Shown piece by piece: positions 25,906 through 38,733 of a stretch of DNA of 64,000 bases. Under the pieces are notes generated by a model. The model worked only from the letters and a program-made list of their open reading frames with translations, searched no databases and was not told the DNA's origin. Positions within the stretch are counted from its first letter, which is position 1, and each line of letters starts with the position of its first letter. This DNA is from Albugo candida. Lineage: Eukaryota. The position numbers were made by a program, and so were the translations under genes. The stretch is taken from assembly GCA_040437565.1 (NCBI GenBank), contig JBDOQK010000012.1, positions 310,001 through 374,000 of the forward strand. Direction: 5' to 3'.

Positions 25906-26618
25906 TTAAATATAGTCTTGTGATTTTCGAGCTATACGACGACAATGCTTCTTGAACGCTTCTTTATCATTCCTCCATTCAACCTACCAGCATGTACGCA
26001 AAATATGGTTATGCTTGATATAGTATACAATGTGCCAGAATGACGCACCGCTGCATCTATGTTGGCCGGAGATTCATCGTTAGGGTCAGAAAGCATTGAA
26101 ATAACCGAAACTAGTATCGATTCCACTCCCAAAATTGGTCGCCAGCGCTCATCTGCTGTCTCTTGTTGATTCAAATGATCTTCCCCTGGTGGATGCAAAA
26201 TTGAGATGCAAACGACACCGTTTGGGTAGACTACATGATTGAGCGATGAATATGAGTTCATCTCGTTTCGAGTCGATATGAACTCCAAGCATACCGTTTG
26301 GATGCCACATTTCGGAAACAAACGTCATCTTGGGAGGCATGTTGGGAAAGTTTAGCGGGAATTCTAAAAGAGCCTTAAAAAACCCTCCCTCATAGAGAGT
26401 ATCTGGAGGTCCAACGAGCAGAATTTCCCATTTAAAGATATTTTCGTCATCACCGAGACCAACGGAAACACCCTCAGGAGGATTCCTGCTCATTTCTACG
26501 ATAGGGTATTCAGTACCAAGAATCAATTAGAGTTCCAATAACTGCATCGAGCTATGAAAGCTTTACCTAGAAATTGCCGTCGCAATAATTCACGAGCGTA
26601 ATCTGTAGCTCCGGACAT
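25906..26618 (-). CDS. Ubiquitin-conjugating enzyme E2, UBC7/UBE2G type, multi-exon
   Basis: [14 protein letters not shown]...[23 protein letters not shown] (acidic insert)...ERWRPI...[20 protein letters not shown] 26618, TAA 25906. Confidence 0.93.
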
Positions 26619-26903
26619 GTTCTGTAGCTAAACAACTTTAATGAAATTTTAACCAGTCAATATTCGAAAAGCTACGGTACTACGATTTTAGCCATTTCCC
26701 AGAAGCAGATTTGAATAATGCTACAGCATAATGCTTAGGATCAAACGAAATGTATAGAATTTCAAGACTGTTAGCGATAAATGTCTAAGCTTCCTTTTAG
26801 TAGCGTGTTTTGTGCAAAACGAATACTTCGTTCTCAAAATAGATGGTCCTGTATATGAACGCAATGTTTGACTGATCTTTAATTGTGAGACGATTGATTC
26901 TTT

Positions 26904-27704
26904 ATGGGTGCAGGTAGTTCCATAGCTAAAAAGAGTGCATGTAAGGAGAGCGAAAATTCGGTCGTTTTCATTGAGCCTGCAATAAGTTCCAGTGACAAAG
27001 AATCCAGCGCACAAACAGGAACTGATCATATTTCTCACTTACAGAGTCTTCAGGACACACTCGATTCGGATGCTTCGCGAGCAAGTTGCATTCGCGTTAG
27101 AAATGAAACAAGCACTAAGCTGCGGAACTCCGTCAAAGATTCCGAAGATTGTAACGGAAAGCAGATGAGAAACAATGACGCTGGTAGTGTAGTAAATTCT
27201 TGCAGTCCATCGAAGCAGGCAGAAGCTTCGAGGGCTTCGAGGAAGATATTCGAGTTTATGACCAGGTGGTATAAAAATAAAGGCAGCACGACGGCAGTAA
27301 TTGTTCAGACACCAATCCAGACTCATACTTCGAGTTCACGACCAAGAAGCAGCGTTCCTGAAATGCTTGATTCCATCACAATGGATAAAGTATGTTATTT
27401 GCAACTTTTCACTGAATAAACCCAAAACCTCTTCTTCCAATAGGCAAAACGAAATGCTACGGAAAGTAATGAGCTTGTATGGGATTGGAAAAGAGAAACT
27501 CCTTCTTGCCGAAAAAATACGTTAGCACCACTCAACAAGACTCGCGAGCAGAATAAGCCAACTCAGATGGAAGCTCCTCACGAAAATACTATACTCCAAG
27601 ATATCGAGGAAATGGGCGACGCAGATGACCTGCATATCCAGTCAGACCTTCAGTTTCGCGCACACGGTCACAGAGTGGTACGGCGATCACGTGATGGAAG
27701 ATAG
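26904..27704 (+). CDS. Hypothetical Ser-rich protein with an N-myristoylation-like start
   Basis: Starts MGAGSSIAKK; phase-0 intron 27390-27443; exon 2 is open to TAG 27702-27704. Confidence 0.55.
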
Positions 27705-27795
27705 AATTTGAAATGGGTGTCTTTTTCTATTGCATCGAACTCTTTGACATAGTAACAGTTAGACATATCATATCAAATGATAATTAAATTCTAGA

Positions 27796-30700
27796 ATGGC
27801 ACATTGGCGGCGTTTTACCTTTTTTGATCGCGAAATTCTTAAAGAGAATGGAGAGCTCTGGATGAAGGTTGCACCCATTCGCATTGATAAATGCAAAACA
27901 CATCACCGATTTCTTAATGGGCGTTAGGGAGTTTCAATAACATGCATGAGCGCGAACCGTGGCCTCATTTGTGCTGGCGATGCTGAGGGGTGTATCCATC
28001 TCTCCAATAGCCAGCTTGAAATCCGAAAATTCCAAGCGCACAATCATTTTGTATCTCATATTGTCATGGTAGTGCATTGGATTTCTCAACCAATCGTATT
28101 GCTGAATAATCTGACAATGAAAATGTAGATGAAACGAAGCAACATATTGGTATCTGTTGGCGATGGAATCGACCCAAGAACGAGCATGATACATGCAGAG
28201 AAGTCGGATGTCGACACAACATCTCGCAAAGTGAGGGTCGTATTCACGCTCTGAAGATTTTGTGGGATATATAGATGTATATGTAGGGAGATACTGGCGA
28301 CTCAGAATCGACGGCAATGATACGCATTTGGAGAACAGACCAGCAAGATCGGGAAGGAAAACCGAAAATGCTGCAACAGATTCAGGTTTTCGCCAAAAGG
28401 GTAAGAAACTCAATGCAGAGCTGTACAAATACTTGGTGCATGAATTGTGCTATAGTTTCCGGAAGAAGCTGTCACAGCATTTGCGGTCAGTGACGAGGTT
28501 TCGCAATGGTCTGTTGGTCTCAAGAATGGTGCAGTCATATTATATCGAAGCGATTCACGATTTCGTGTTGAGCGAATTGACCCGATATTGCTGCAGCCGG
28601 CCGGACAACATCCGGTTACAGGATTAGCATTCACCACAAAACCTATCAATAACTCGCTGAATCACGTGTTCCTATATGCATCGACACGCCGGGGTCTTAC
28701 TTGTTATCATTGCAATCAAGACGACCAATACATTGTCAAAGCTGTCGGAACCACTGGAATGCCGCCACGATGTGTCACGTTGGACGAAAGGGGTGTCGAT
28801 TTTTGCTGTTCTTGTGTGAACGATGAGGGTGAAATCGCCGTCGGTCAGCCTGATGCCGTCTATTTCTACACTACGGATGACAAATCCGTGTGCTTTGCTT
28901 TCGATGGCGAAAAAAAGTATCTTCATTTTTTCAAGCAGTACTTGATTGTTGCTCATGTCGACTCTCGTGGACGGCATCAAGTTAATGTATATGACCTACA
29001 AAACAAGTTTATTGCATTCAACTGGACACTTACCCACTCTGTTCCTTCGGAATCATCTGCAAACGTATCGAAAACGATGGTGGCAAGAGGAAAACAATCT
29101 CAGCCAAATCCCGGTGCTCGTTTCGGTCTAGATAAAATGGAGCAAATTCAACACATTGTGTCCGAGTTTGGGTCCATATTTGTTGTCTCATCGGCTGGCC
29201 ATGTATATCGTCTAACTGAAAAGGATACAACATCCAAGCTAGAGATTCTTTTTCGAAAAAATCTGTATTCGATTGCAATCTCATTAGCGTTCAGCTCCAA
29301 CTACGATATCAATAGTATCGTTGATATTTTCCGAATGTATGGAGATCATTTGTATCAGAAAGGTGATTATGACGGCTCGCTTCGTCAGTACACCCGTACA
29401 ATTGGACATTTGGAGCCATCCTATGTGATTCGACGCTTCTTGGATGCTCAGCGGATTCACAATCTAACTAATTATCTAGAAGCGCTACATGAAAAAGCAT
29501 TTGCTAATGCTGAGCATACTACTCTCTTGCTCAATTGTTTTACCAAGCTGAAAGATGTGAAAAAACTCGATGCTTTCATACAGCTAGAGGACGGAAATGT
29601 AGCTGGAGGACACACTTCACTGAATTTTGATGTCGAAACCGCGATCAGCGTTTTATGGGAAATGTATCCGCAACACGCGCTCACACTCGCGAGGAAACAT
29701 GAAGAGCATAGCTGGTATTTGAAAATTCAACTGGACCAGATCAGTTATGTGGAATCTGATGGATCTACGACTTTGTCCGGAGCTGAAAAAGAGCGAGTGA
29801 TCGATGCTCTAAAATACATTGAGCACTTGAGTTTTGCGGAAGCTGATGCAAACCTGCGAAAATATGGGCGTACATTAGTTACTCATCTACCTGGTCCGAC
29901 AACAGAGCTCTTGAAGCGTTTATGCACCGGAAAATTTGTCCCAGAAAAACCAGAGCTCAAGTCCAATCCCGCTGATTTTCTCCATTTATTTGTATCGCAT
30001 CGGGCACAATTGAGAGAGTTCTTGCAATATATTGTCGAAGTGGAGACTATCACTGATCCTTCTATTGGCAATACATTGCTTGAAATGGTTTTGACCGATG
30101 AAGGAAGCGAAGAATCACCAAACACAGATAGGAAAGAAGACGCTGTTATGGCAATTTTGGACAATCCTCGAGTTCGTTATGACGAAGATCATGCGCTTAT
30201 ACACTTGCAAATGCACGGCATGAGGAAAGGGAAGCGGTATCTATTCAACAAGCTTCATATGTACCACATGCTGGTGCAACATCACATTGAAGAAAATGAC
30301 GATCAGTCGATCATCGAAGAGGTACGCAAACACGGTGATAAAGATCCAAACTTATGGTCATTAGCTCTCAAATACTTTGCTGAACGTGGGCCTTTGCCAA
30401 AAAATGCTTCAAAGTCGAGCAAATCAAGCACCGAAGAATGGAAAGAGCTGCGTCAACTGCTAAGTATGATTGATACCAATCCTGTTATTCCACCACTGCA
30501 AGTCGTTCAAGTTTTAAGCCAAGCTCGAGACCTACCATTATCGGTCATAAAGCCATACATCCTGAACCAGCTCTCACACAATCAGGAACTCATCGAAAGT
30601 GACGAAGAAAAAATAAGGGCTTTCAAGGCAGACACTCGTCAGATGAAGGAAGAAATTTCTCAGCTGAACAGTAAAGCCATCGTTTTTCAAGCCACGAAAT

Positions 30701-31011
30701 GTGATTTATGTAACCACGATTTGGATTTACCAGCTGTTCATTTCATGTGTCAGCATAGTTTTCATCTTAACTGTATTTCCGAGACCGATCGAGAGTGCAT
30801 GACATGCTCCGTGGAGCATCGCCATATTTTGGGTCTGAAAACACAATTAGACCAAAAAGCTGGGAATCATGAACAATTTTACAATCAGTTGGAGACGTCC
30901 ATGGACGGATTTGAAACGATTGCCGAGTACTTCGGCAAAGGCATTTTCAAAAGGAACGAAATTCCCGTTGACGATCCAGCATTTGATTTTCAGTCAGGTG
31001 TGGATTTTTGA
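27796..31011 (+). CDS. VPS11: Vacuolar protein sorting 11 (HOPS/CORVET core), multi-exon
   Basis: N-terminus MAHWRRFTFFD; EKDTTSKLEILFRKNLY; YGDHLYQKGDYDG; LEPSYVIRRFLDAQRIHNLT; C-terminal RING FQATKCDLC...HFMCQHSFHLNC; IAEYFGKG. Confidence 0.96.
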
Positions 31012-31812
31012 CCTTTCCAAATGTGACCGCCGGACGCTGTCAAATCGATAACATTTTCCGAATTACACGTCCTACAACGTTGAGATTGACTAACTCCCAT
31101 AAGTGTAATGCCCATCTGCCACTTTCGCCTTGGCGCTTCATAAATTCTCTCGAGTAGCTACGATAAAGTCAATTTAGTTTTGTCTAATCCAACTACCCGC
31201 GGATTTGTTATACCGTTTTAACACCGCTAAAAGGAAAAAGGCATCAATGTGATGGATGCAAAGACAATGGCCTAAGTTTCCTCATACATCTGCAGGTAAC
31301 GCAGCTCTGTCTGTCCAATTCCAAGTATGAGTGACATCTCGTTCAGGAATCTAAAACTTCCCAAATTCTACTAGATATGAGTTTCTTAGCAGCGAGATAC
31401 GTGAAGGCCGTACTGCGACGAGATTTATACTTCCATTCAATTTGTACGCTTTTTTCCATCCATGATTACTACTCATTCATAATAGGTAAGAAATCGGGAA
31501 GAAATCGTGTGCATGAAGTGCACAGAAATATATGTTGTATGATTTCCGATAATTCTCGTGCTTGTTTCCGCATCCATCAGCTTCACACGTGCTTTGATAC
31601 CCTCAAGCTCATCGGTCTGCTGCTTTCCATGTCATATTACTAATTCCATCGCCATTGTCGATTGCACGCACTTCGACTCCATTGACTGCTCAAAAAGAGA
31701 TGTCTTGAATAATAATAGCGCTCTAGGCTAATTTTATCGACTTGAATGCTACATGTAACGAACTTGCGCTTGCAAGCGACGAATCATTCTGCGAATTGGC
31801 GCTACACAATAA

Positions 31813-33342
31813 ATGGCGTCTACCTCTATTTTGCAGCATTTTGAGGCGTATCAGAAAGCACGTGTGACTTTTGTTCAGGCTATCGCTGAGGCCTCCTCGA
31901 GACCACAAAATATCGAAGTCATGCAAAGCGCTGGAGTCATGCAATTGCTTCGACCTTTACTCTTGGATAATGTTCCGAGCGTCCAACAGTCTGCAGCGTT
32001 AGCACTCGGCCGACTCGCGAATCATAGCGATGAGCTAGCAGAAGCTGTTGTTAGCAATGAAGTCCTACCACAGTTGGTATACTCTCTTAGCGCGCAAAAC
32101 CGCTTCTACAAGAAATCCGCTGCGTATGTGCTACGGGCAGTTGCCAAGCACTCTCCGCAACTAGCCCAGGCAGTAGTTGATTCTAATGCATTGGAATCAC
32201 TGGTTCCCTGCTTGGAAGAGTTTGATCCAACGGTGAAAGAAGCAGCCGCGTGGGCTGTTGGCTATATTGCACAGCACACAAGCGAGCTAGCTCAGCATGT
32301 TGTCGATGCTGGAGCTATTCCTTTGCTCGTACTATGCATGCAGGAACCCGAAGTTGCTATCAAACGAGTGGCAGCCTCAGCTTTAGGAGACACAGCCAAA
32401 CATTCTCCGGAATTAGCACAAACTGTTGTCGATGCTGGAACAGTCCGATATTTGGCCCCTCTGATACAACATCAGGATGCGAAGCTTAAACGTCAAGTTT
32501 GCCAATGCATGGCACATATCGCAAAGCACAATGTCGACTTGGCGGAGATCGTGGTTGAGGCAGAGATATTTCCAGCAATTTTATACTGTTTGAAAGATCT
32601 CGACCAAATTGTTCGAAAGAATGCAGCGACTTGTGTTCGTGAGATTGCAAAACACACTCCTGAGCTTGCCAAAATGATTGTCAGTGCAGGTGGAATATCA
32701 GCTTTGGTCGACTTTATCGATGAAGCGTCAGGAAATAACAAATTACCTGGAATTATGGCACTTGGATACATCTCAGCCTTCTCGGAGACACTGGCTCTAG
32801 CTGTGGTTACTTGCAAAGGAATATCTCCTGTCAAATCAGCACTCATTTCTGAGCCTGAAGATCACATAAAAGCTGCTAGTGCATGGACCTTGGGACAAAT
32901 TGGACGCCATACACCGGATCATGCGAGAGCACTAGCTGAAGCTGACGTTTTACGTCATCTGCTCGCGTGCCTAGTTCATGCTAATAGCTCGGATGATCTC
33001 AAGACCAAGTCGAAACGAGCCTTGAAAAACATTCTGAGCAAATGCATGTACTTACAAGCACTACAGCCGCTGCTTAGAGAAGCACCTGTGAAGGTGCAAA
33101 AGTACATTTTAAGACAGTTCGCAAAGCTTCTGCCTCAAGACTTGGAAGCACGACGATCGTTTGTACAAACAGGCGGGTTACAATTTCTTCAGGAGCTTGG
33201 GGAGTCAGCTGCAGGGAATATGACAAAATACATTTTGGAAATCAACAACTGTTATCCACCTGAAATCGTGGAGTACTACTCTCCTCATTATTCGAAGACC
33301 TTGCTGGATAGACTGGAAGATTATCAGCCACAGATTCGCTAG
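31813..33342 (+). CDS. SPAG6: Axonemal central apparatus armadillo protein PF16/SPAG6
   Basis: FEAYQKARVTFVQ, LLRPLLLDNVPSVQQSAALALGRLAN, tandem ARM repeats and INNCYPPEIVEYYSP; single exon, 509 aa. Confidence 0.96.
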   Translation: MASTSILQHFEAYQKARVTFVQAIAEASSRPQNIEVMQSAGVMQLLRPLLLDNVPSVQQSAALALGRLANHSDELAEAVVSNEVLPQLVYSLSAQNRFYKKSAAYVLRAVAKHSPQLAQAVVDSNALESLVPCLEEFDPTVKEAAAWAVGYIAQHTSELAQHVVDAGAIPLLVLCMQEPEVAIKRVAASALGDTAKHSPELAQTVVDAGTVRYLAPLIQHQDAKLKRQVCQCMAHIAKHNVDLAEIVVEAEIFPAILYCLKDLDQIVRKNAATCVREIAKHTPELAKMIVSAGGISALVDFIDEASGNNKLPGIMALGYISAFSETLALAVVTCKGISPVKSALISEPEDHIKAASAWTLGQIGRHTPDHARALAEADVLRHLLACLVHANSSDDLKTKSKRALKNILSKCMYLQALQPLLREAPVKVQKYILRQFAKLLPQDLEARRSFVQTGGLQFLQELGESAAGNMTKYILEINNCYPPEIVEYYSPHYSKTLLDRLEDYQPQIR

Positions 33343-33379
33343 CAAGTAGATAGAGGATGATGCAAGTCAGCACAATAGT

Positions 33380-34981
33380 CACTCGATCAAATAGGACTTG
33401 CACCTTATGTTTGATTCCTTGCCGCACCCAAATATGGCTAGAGAAATTGCCTGTCTTGCGAAAAAATTGCTTGTTCCATTTTACTAAGTTTTGTTGCGTA
33501 CAGAACCATTTGTTCACCCCACTGTTCGAGCAGCGCTTCCCCTTTATCAGCTCGATTTGATGCTGCCCTTACGAGCGACATCAGTTTGCGTTCTTTGGCT
33601 TGCAGACGCTTTTCAACAATTGCCGAAACGCTGATATTTGTTTACATCAGCGTGATTCTTCTTCAATGCCACGATAACCTCACCTGGTCTGCATCAAATC
33701 ACCGTGAACGTATGCACGCAGCCTTTCGATGTTTGCGTTCATGCTTTCTTGATTTGCTTGCTTCATCTTTTCAATGACTGAGATCACACTTTCGATTCCA
33801 GATTGAACCTTGGAGTCGATTTGCATCTTCCAAGAAAGCAGCCCATGATCCAGCTTGCTATTTAAGACCTGTTGTGTTTCTTCTAACCTCATTCCTAAAG
33901 CATTCTGCTCAGTAACAAGAGATGCTTGCACTCGTTCGCAAAGTTTTTCCCTGTTCTCCCACACATGAGCCCCCAGCTTTTTCTCGATGGAGCTGTGCAT
34001 CTCTCCCAAACGTTTATCGACCTCGTCAAGTAAACACTTATGTGAGCGTTTTTGGCGCCTGTGAGCTATTTTCTCATCCTGCGTTCTTGCATCAACTCTC
34101 TTCACAATCTATCAAATTCATATGAGCGAAGAAGTGGATGACATCGATCCGTACCTGCTCCAGCTCTTCCTCGATTAGCTGAATCTTCCGCTCCATCATG
34201 AAATGCTTGTTTTCTTCGGTCTGAGAATAAATGTAACAGCCAGGTAGCATGAGCGCATCTTTTATTCACTACTAACCATTTCGCTAAATCGCGAAATGAA
34301 GTTCCTCNNNNNNNNNNNNNNNNNNNNNNNNNNNNNNNNNNNNNNNNNNNNNNNNNNNNNNNNNNNNNNNNNNNNNNNNNNNNNNNNNNNNNNNNNNNNN
34401 NNNNNNNTCAAATTCATATGAGCGAAGAAGTGGATGACATCGATCCGTACCTGCTCCAGCTCTTCCTCGATTAGCTGAATCTTCCGCTCCATCATGAAAT
34501 GCTTGTTTTCTTCGGTCTGAGAATAAATGTAACAGCCAGGTAGCATGAGCGCATCTTTTATTCACTACTAACCATTTCGCTAAATCGCGAAATGAAGTTC
34601 CTCTCACATAATGCGAGGTGTATTCTTACTTTTTTTGGGAATGATTAATATGCGGGCTCATCGCCTTCATCGTCGGCGCGTGTCGGAATGATCGATGATG
34701 TTCACAGCCAACGGGCAATTCAAGTATTTGCTATGGCTGACTTTCAGTTGGGATCAACTCACAATGTCGTGATCTACGGACCTCCTTGAGTGCGGCCAAT
34801 TGGATTGTTATAGACTCGACCGCCTTCCACAATGGCTGAACGATTGCCTGCACTCAGAAAAGCTGAGTTGTTCAGCTTAGATTCACAAAAGCTCACTGAC
34901 CTCAACGTGAGCCCATTCCTTAGTATCTAACGAGCGATCGTGACTCTTAAGGATCGCTTTCTCGCTCCATACAGCCTCCAT
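33380..34981 (-). CDS. Hypothetical coiled-coil protein, multi-exon
   Basis: ATG 34981 (MEAVWSEKA...), exons bounded by GT-AG, heptad-rich ORF 33680-34105. Interrupted by gap 34308-34407; 3' end uncertain. Confidence 0.5.
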
Positions 34982-35267
34982 GATTCAGAGATATGAAAAA
35001 AATTGCAAATAAGAATGCGTGTTTAGAATAATTCCTACAAAGTTGACTACATTGGCAATCAAATTACAAGCTGACCATGGACGCATTGGGCAATATCAAG
35101 CAAAAAATGTTCGACATTGCTGAATGGGTGCATTGGTCACAACTCACAAAATGATATAAACCTTCTTATCGCTTCCGAACCGAATGGTATTCATCATTAG
35201 AATAGCCACTAGTTACGGAGGGGCTATTCGAGTGAGAAACCGGGTCCAAAAACGCGTAATGCGGTCT

Positions 35268-36455
35268 TTATAGTACCAATTCTTTTACGGTCTCCCAAGT
35301 GAAGTCGGCGTCATTGCGTCCAAAATGCCCATAAGTGGCAGTTTTGAGCATGATTGGTCGCTTTAATTTGAGATCACGCTGAATGACACCAGGACGCAGA
35401 TCAAAATTCTTCTTGATGACATCAATCAGGTCAGCATCGGTCAAACCTGACTTGACGGTTCCGTACGAGTCTACGTGGACGCTTAGTGGATGCGGTACAC
35501 CTATAGCGTACGAGAATTGCACTAGCAAACGTTGTGCAAGGCCTTGCGCTACGACTGATTTTGCAACCCAACGAGCTGCATAGGCAGCAGATCGGTCGAC
35601 CTTGGTAGTATCCTTACCAGAAAAAGCACCACCACCATGAGCTCCCCATCCTCCATAGGTATCGATGATGATTTTGCGTCCCGTAAGCCCAGCATCTCCA
35701 TGTGGACCACCGATAACAAAACGACCTGATGGATTCAAGTGGTAGATGGTGTGATCATCCAGATACTTTTCTGGAATAACGGCTTGAATCACATGCTTCA
35801 TCAAATCTGCAGCAATTTGCTCGTTTGTTACATCTTCAGTATGTTGAGTTGAGATAACAACAGTATGCACTCTCTGTGGAATCATACAGCCATTCAATTC
35901 CTTATATTCCACGGTGACTTGAGTCTTGCCATCCGGCAGAATCCAATCCAAAGTTCCGTTCTTGCGGACTTCAGTAAGACGCGATCCGAGCTTTGTAGCT
36001 AGAACGTGTGATAGCGGCATGAACTCATCCGTCTCATTAGTTGCATAGCCAAACATGATTCCTTGATCGCCTGCTCCGATCTCTTCTTCTGTCACAGCGT
36101 CCACAGATTGCGCAATGTCTGGAGATTGCTGTTCAACAGCCACAATCACATTAACAGTCTTGTAATCTAATCCTTTGGCCGGGTCATCATAACCGATTTC
36201 CTTGACTGTGTCACGGATGATTTTTTCATAATTGACGACGGCTTTGGTCGAGATTTCACCAAATATCATGATCATACCAGTTTTGGCGCAGGTCTCACAT
36301 GCAACACGTGAATTTGGATCCTCCATGATGCATGCGTCAAGAATGGCGTCGGAGATCTGGTCACATAATTTATCTGGATGACCTTCATTCACAGATTCGG
36401 AAGTAAATAAGAAAGTGCGGGCAGAGGTCTTTTCTACCGGATCCGATTGAGTCAT
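35268..36455 (-). CDS. MAT: S-adenosylmethionine synthetase (methionine adenosyltransferase)
   Basis: [28 protein letters not shown] and [14 protein letters not shown]; intronless, 395 aa. Confidence 0.98.
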   Translation of the reverse strand: MTQSDPVEKTSARTFLFTSESVNEGHPDKLCDQISDAILDACIMEDPNSRVACETCAKTGMIMIFGEISTKAVVNYEKIIRDTVKEIGYDDPAKGLDYKTVNVIVAVEQQSPDIAQSVDAVTEEEIGAGDQGIMFGYATNETDEFMPLSHVLATKLGSRLTEVRKNGTLDWILPDGKTQVTVEYKELNGCMIPQRVHTVVISTQHTEDVTNEQIAADLMKHVIQAVIPEKYLDDHTIYHLNPSGRFVIGGPHGDAGLTGRKIIIDTYGGWGAHGGGAFSGKDTTKVDRSAAYAARWVAKSVVAQGLAQRLLVQFSYAIGVPHPLSVHVDSYGTVKSGLTDADLIDVIKKNFDLRPGVIQRDLKLKRPIMLKTATYGHFGRNDADFTWETVKELVL

Positions 36456-36616
36456 AGTACTTGAAATTTCACGGGTTTGGTGAGCGAAAGTGTGCGAATT
36501 GCGAAATGAACAAAGTGTTCAGTGCGGGAGAAGGACTGGTCACAATGCTTTCGAAGCCTTTCGATCCAATCAAGTCGTGCACGGCTGCAAGTATCATACT
36601 TAAAGTATTGAGTAGG

Positions 36617-36630
36617 TAAACCAATCAGAG
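36617..36630. promoter_or_regulatory. CCAAT-box-like motif upstream of MAT
   Basis: aaaccaatcagag about 165 bp upstream of the MAT ATG. Confidence 0.35.
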
Positions 36631-37499
36631 TCCGCATTATTGCCAGGTCATTTTGCAAAAGTACGGCTCTAATTAGAATTATTGAATGCTCATAAATTAC
36701 ATTTTTACGACTAAATGTATTCGTATATCATATCGTAGCCGTGTTCCAATCCATTCTACTTTCGTTAGCATGTTGACTAAAGTACTCCAACAATGGCTCA
36801 GAAGTACGTTCTAAACGAAGGGATCAAAAANNNNNNNNNNNNNNNNNNNNNNNNNNNNNNNNNNNNNNNNNNNNNNNNNNNNNNNNNNNNNNNNNNNNNN
36901 NNNNNNNNNNNNNNNNNNNNNNNNNNNNNNAGTAGGTAAACCAATCAGAGTCCGCATTATTGCCAGGTCATTTTGCAAAAGTACGGCTCTAATTAGAATT
37001 ATTGAATGCTCATAAATTACATTTTTACGACTAAATGTATTCGTATATCATATCGTAGCCGTGTTCCAATCCATTCTACTTTCGTTAGCATGTTGACTAA
37101 AGTACTCCAACAATGGCTCAGAAGTACGTTCTAAACGAAGGGATCAAAAATTAAAATAAGCGGAGCAACTATGTTCACCCACGCATATTTATAGTCTTGT
37201 TGCATTCTGCTTCTACCGTGGTAGTAGGGGATACATGACGCAACGCACGTTAAAAGCCTTCAGTACTCGTCTTTTCGCATTGTGTACGCGTTGCGTTTGA
37301 GAGGAAAGATGAAAAGTCCGGTTACGGCAACTTTATATTAAGTTCCGCCACTTATGGTGCAGGAACTACTGATATGACATAGCTTTCGTAATAAATAGCT
37401 GACAATTTTGTTCGTGGCACATAGTACCCGCATTGAACATCATTAGGTTCCGAATAGGATCGGTTACTGTAGCGAGTATAATCCATATTGACACGACGA

Positions 37500-38320
37500 G
37501 CTATTTCTCCGCAAAATTTCAAAGCCAATCCGACTTGCAAATTTACCGCATTACACACTATGCTACATACAGCTCCGCTCAGTTAGAACATGAGACGTTT
37601 AGACTATCATGACACTCTTTTTTCAACAAAATATCGGATCGAGTTGCAAGTATGCTGCTCTTGTTATGGAGTAACTTCACAGCACTTACTAACGCTTGTA
37701 ATAATTGAAATTCTGCTTCGTCACGTCGATGGATCTCAAGGCGTAGCCGTAAAAGCAGTACATGACATGCTGTAGTTCTTAGGGAAGTAAGTACGGCTCA
37801 AGTAAATCACGGATCGTTGCTATCATCATAACGCAGCAACCATATACGACGCACATAAACGCACTCATAGTCGTAAGTAGAATAGTCAATCTATCAGTAG
37901 TGATGCACGTGCACGATGAGTTCTCGTTGAGAGAGCTCAATAATATGAAGTTCTCCGCCCCGAACATATTGTCGTCAATATTGCTGGGAGACCGGCTACA
38001 ATGAGTGGCGCGATGAGCTACGATATAGAAGGCCTAACAACGTACGAAGCTGCTGAGGCGGCATGTCATAAAAAGCAACTTTACGAAGGCTCAAAGAAGA
38101 TTGGCATACACAATATGTTTCAATGTTGTGCATACTACGGTGGAAGCAAACAAACAGCTAAGGAAAAAAACAAGCAAAAAATTACGAAATCAAGATTCTA
38201 GCAGATTGGCCGGTAACCTCTCGGACTTCTTGTCATGTGACCAAGATGCTTCTCTTCGGTCAAATAGTCCCCAATGAAACCGTACATTCTCAATTTGATT
38301 CTGAAGTCAGAGTCTGACCA
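37500..38320 (-). pseudogene. Highly decayed folate-biopterin transporter copy
   Basis: Minus strand 37944-37921 encodes IIELSQRE, identical in all three intact copies, followed by frameshifted RARASLLID. 37558-37510 gives CNAVNLQVGLALKF versus MCHQRAVWQVALFLAF. cagagtctga near 38308 matches the 5' SDSG codons. Confidence 0.65.
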
Positions 38321-38733
38321 TATTGGTGACATTTGCGTTCCTCAAATACAATTTGCTAATGTCAACTATCTAAGGTGACCTTGCTTTTTATCATAAAAAA
38401 CTCACCGATTAATGGTCCGCTTTGCCCAAATCGCCCAATTTCCACTCCGGATGATCAGAAAAAAACAAAGATAGATTGCGGTACGGCTTGGTGCATTACA
38501 CGATTCACAATACCGCTTCTCCTTGCTTGCGCGTCTGTCATCTCTTCGTACAGGGGTAAATGGAGAGGTAGCTGCTCCCTGAGATGCGACATTACTTAGT
38601 TGCCTGAGAACTGATCGATCAAAAAATCACAATTGGCAGTGCGATCAGAGGAAACCACACAAATTGAGGTTAATGCCTGATATGATGTTGACCTTGTTCA
38701 CTACCATCTCTGAACCAGTACTTGAGTGCATCA

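Noticed and set aside
31560-31800. Minus-strand VRAIDNGDGIS motif resembling a GHKL/MutL ATPase box
   Set aside because: No continuous frame or other GHKL motifs could be assembled; too short to support without a search.
34114-34601. Direct repeat in the coiled-coil gene
   Set aside because: Exact duplicate flanking gap 34308-34407; assembly artifact.
36611-37150. 220-bp direct repeat upstream of MAT (LTR-like at first sight)
   Set aside because: Exact duplicate directly abutting gap 36831-36930.
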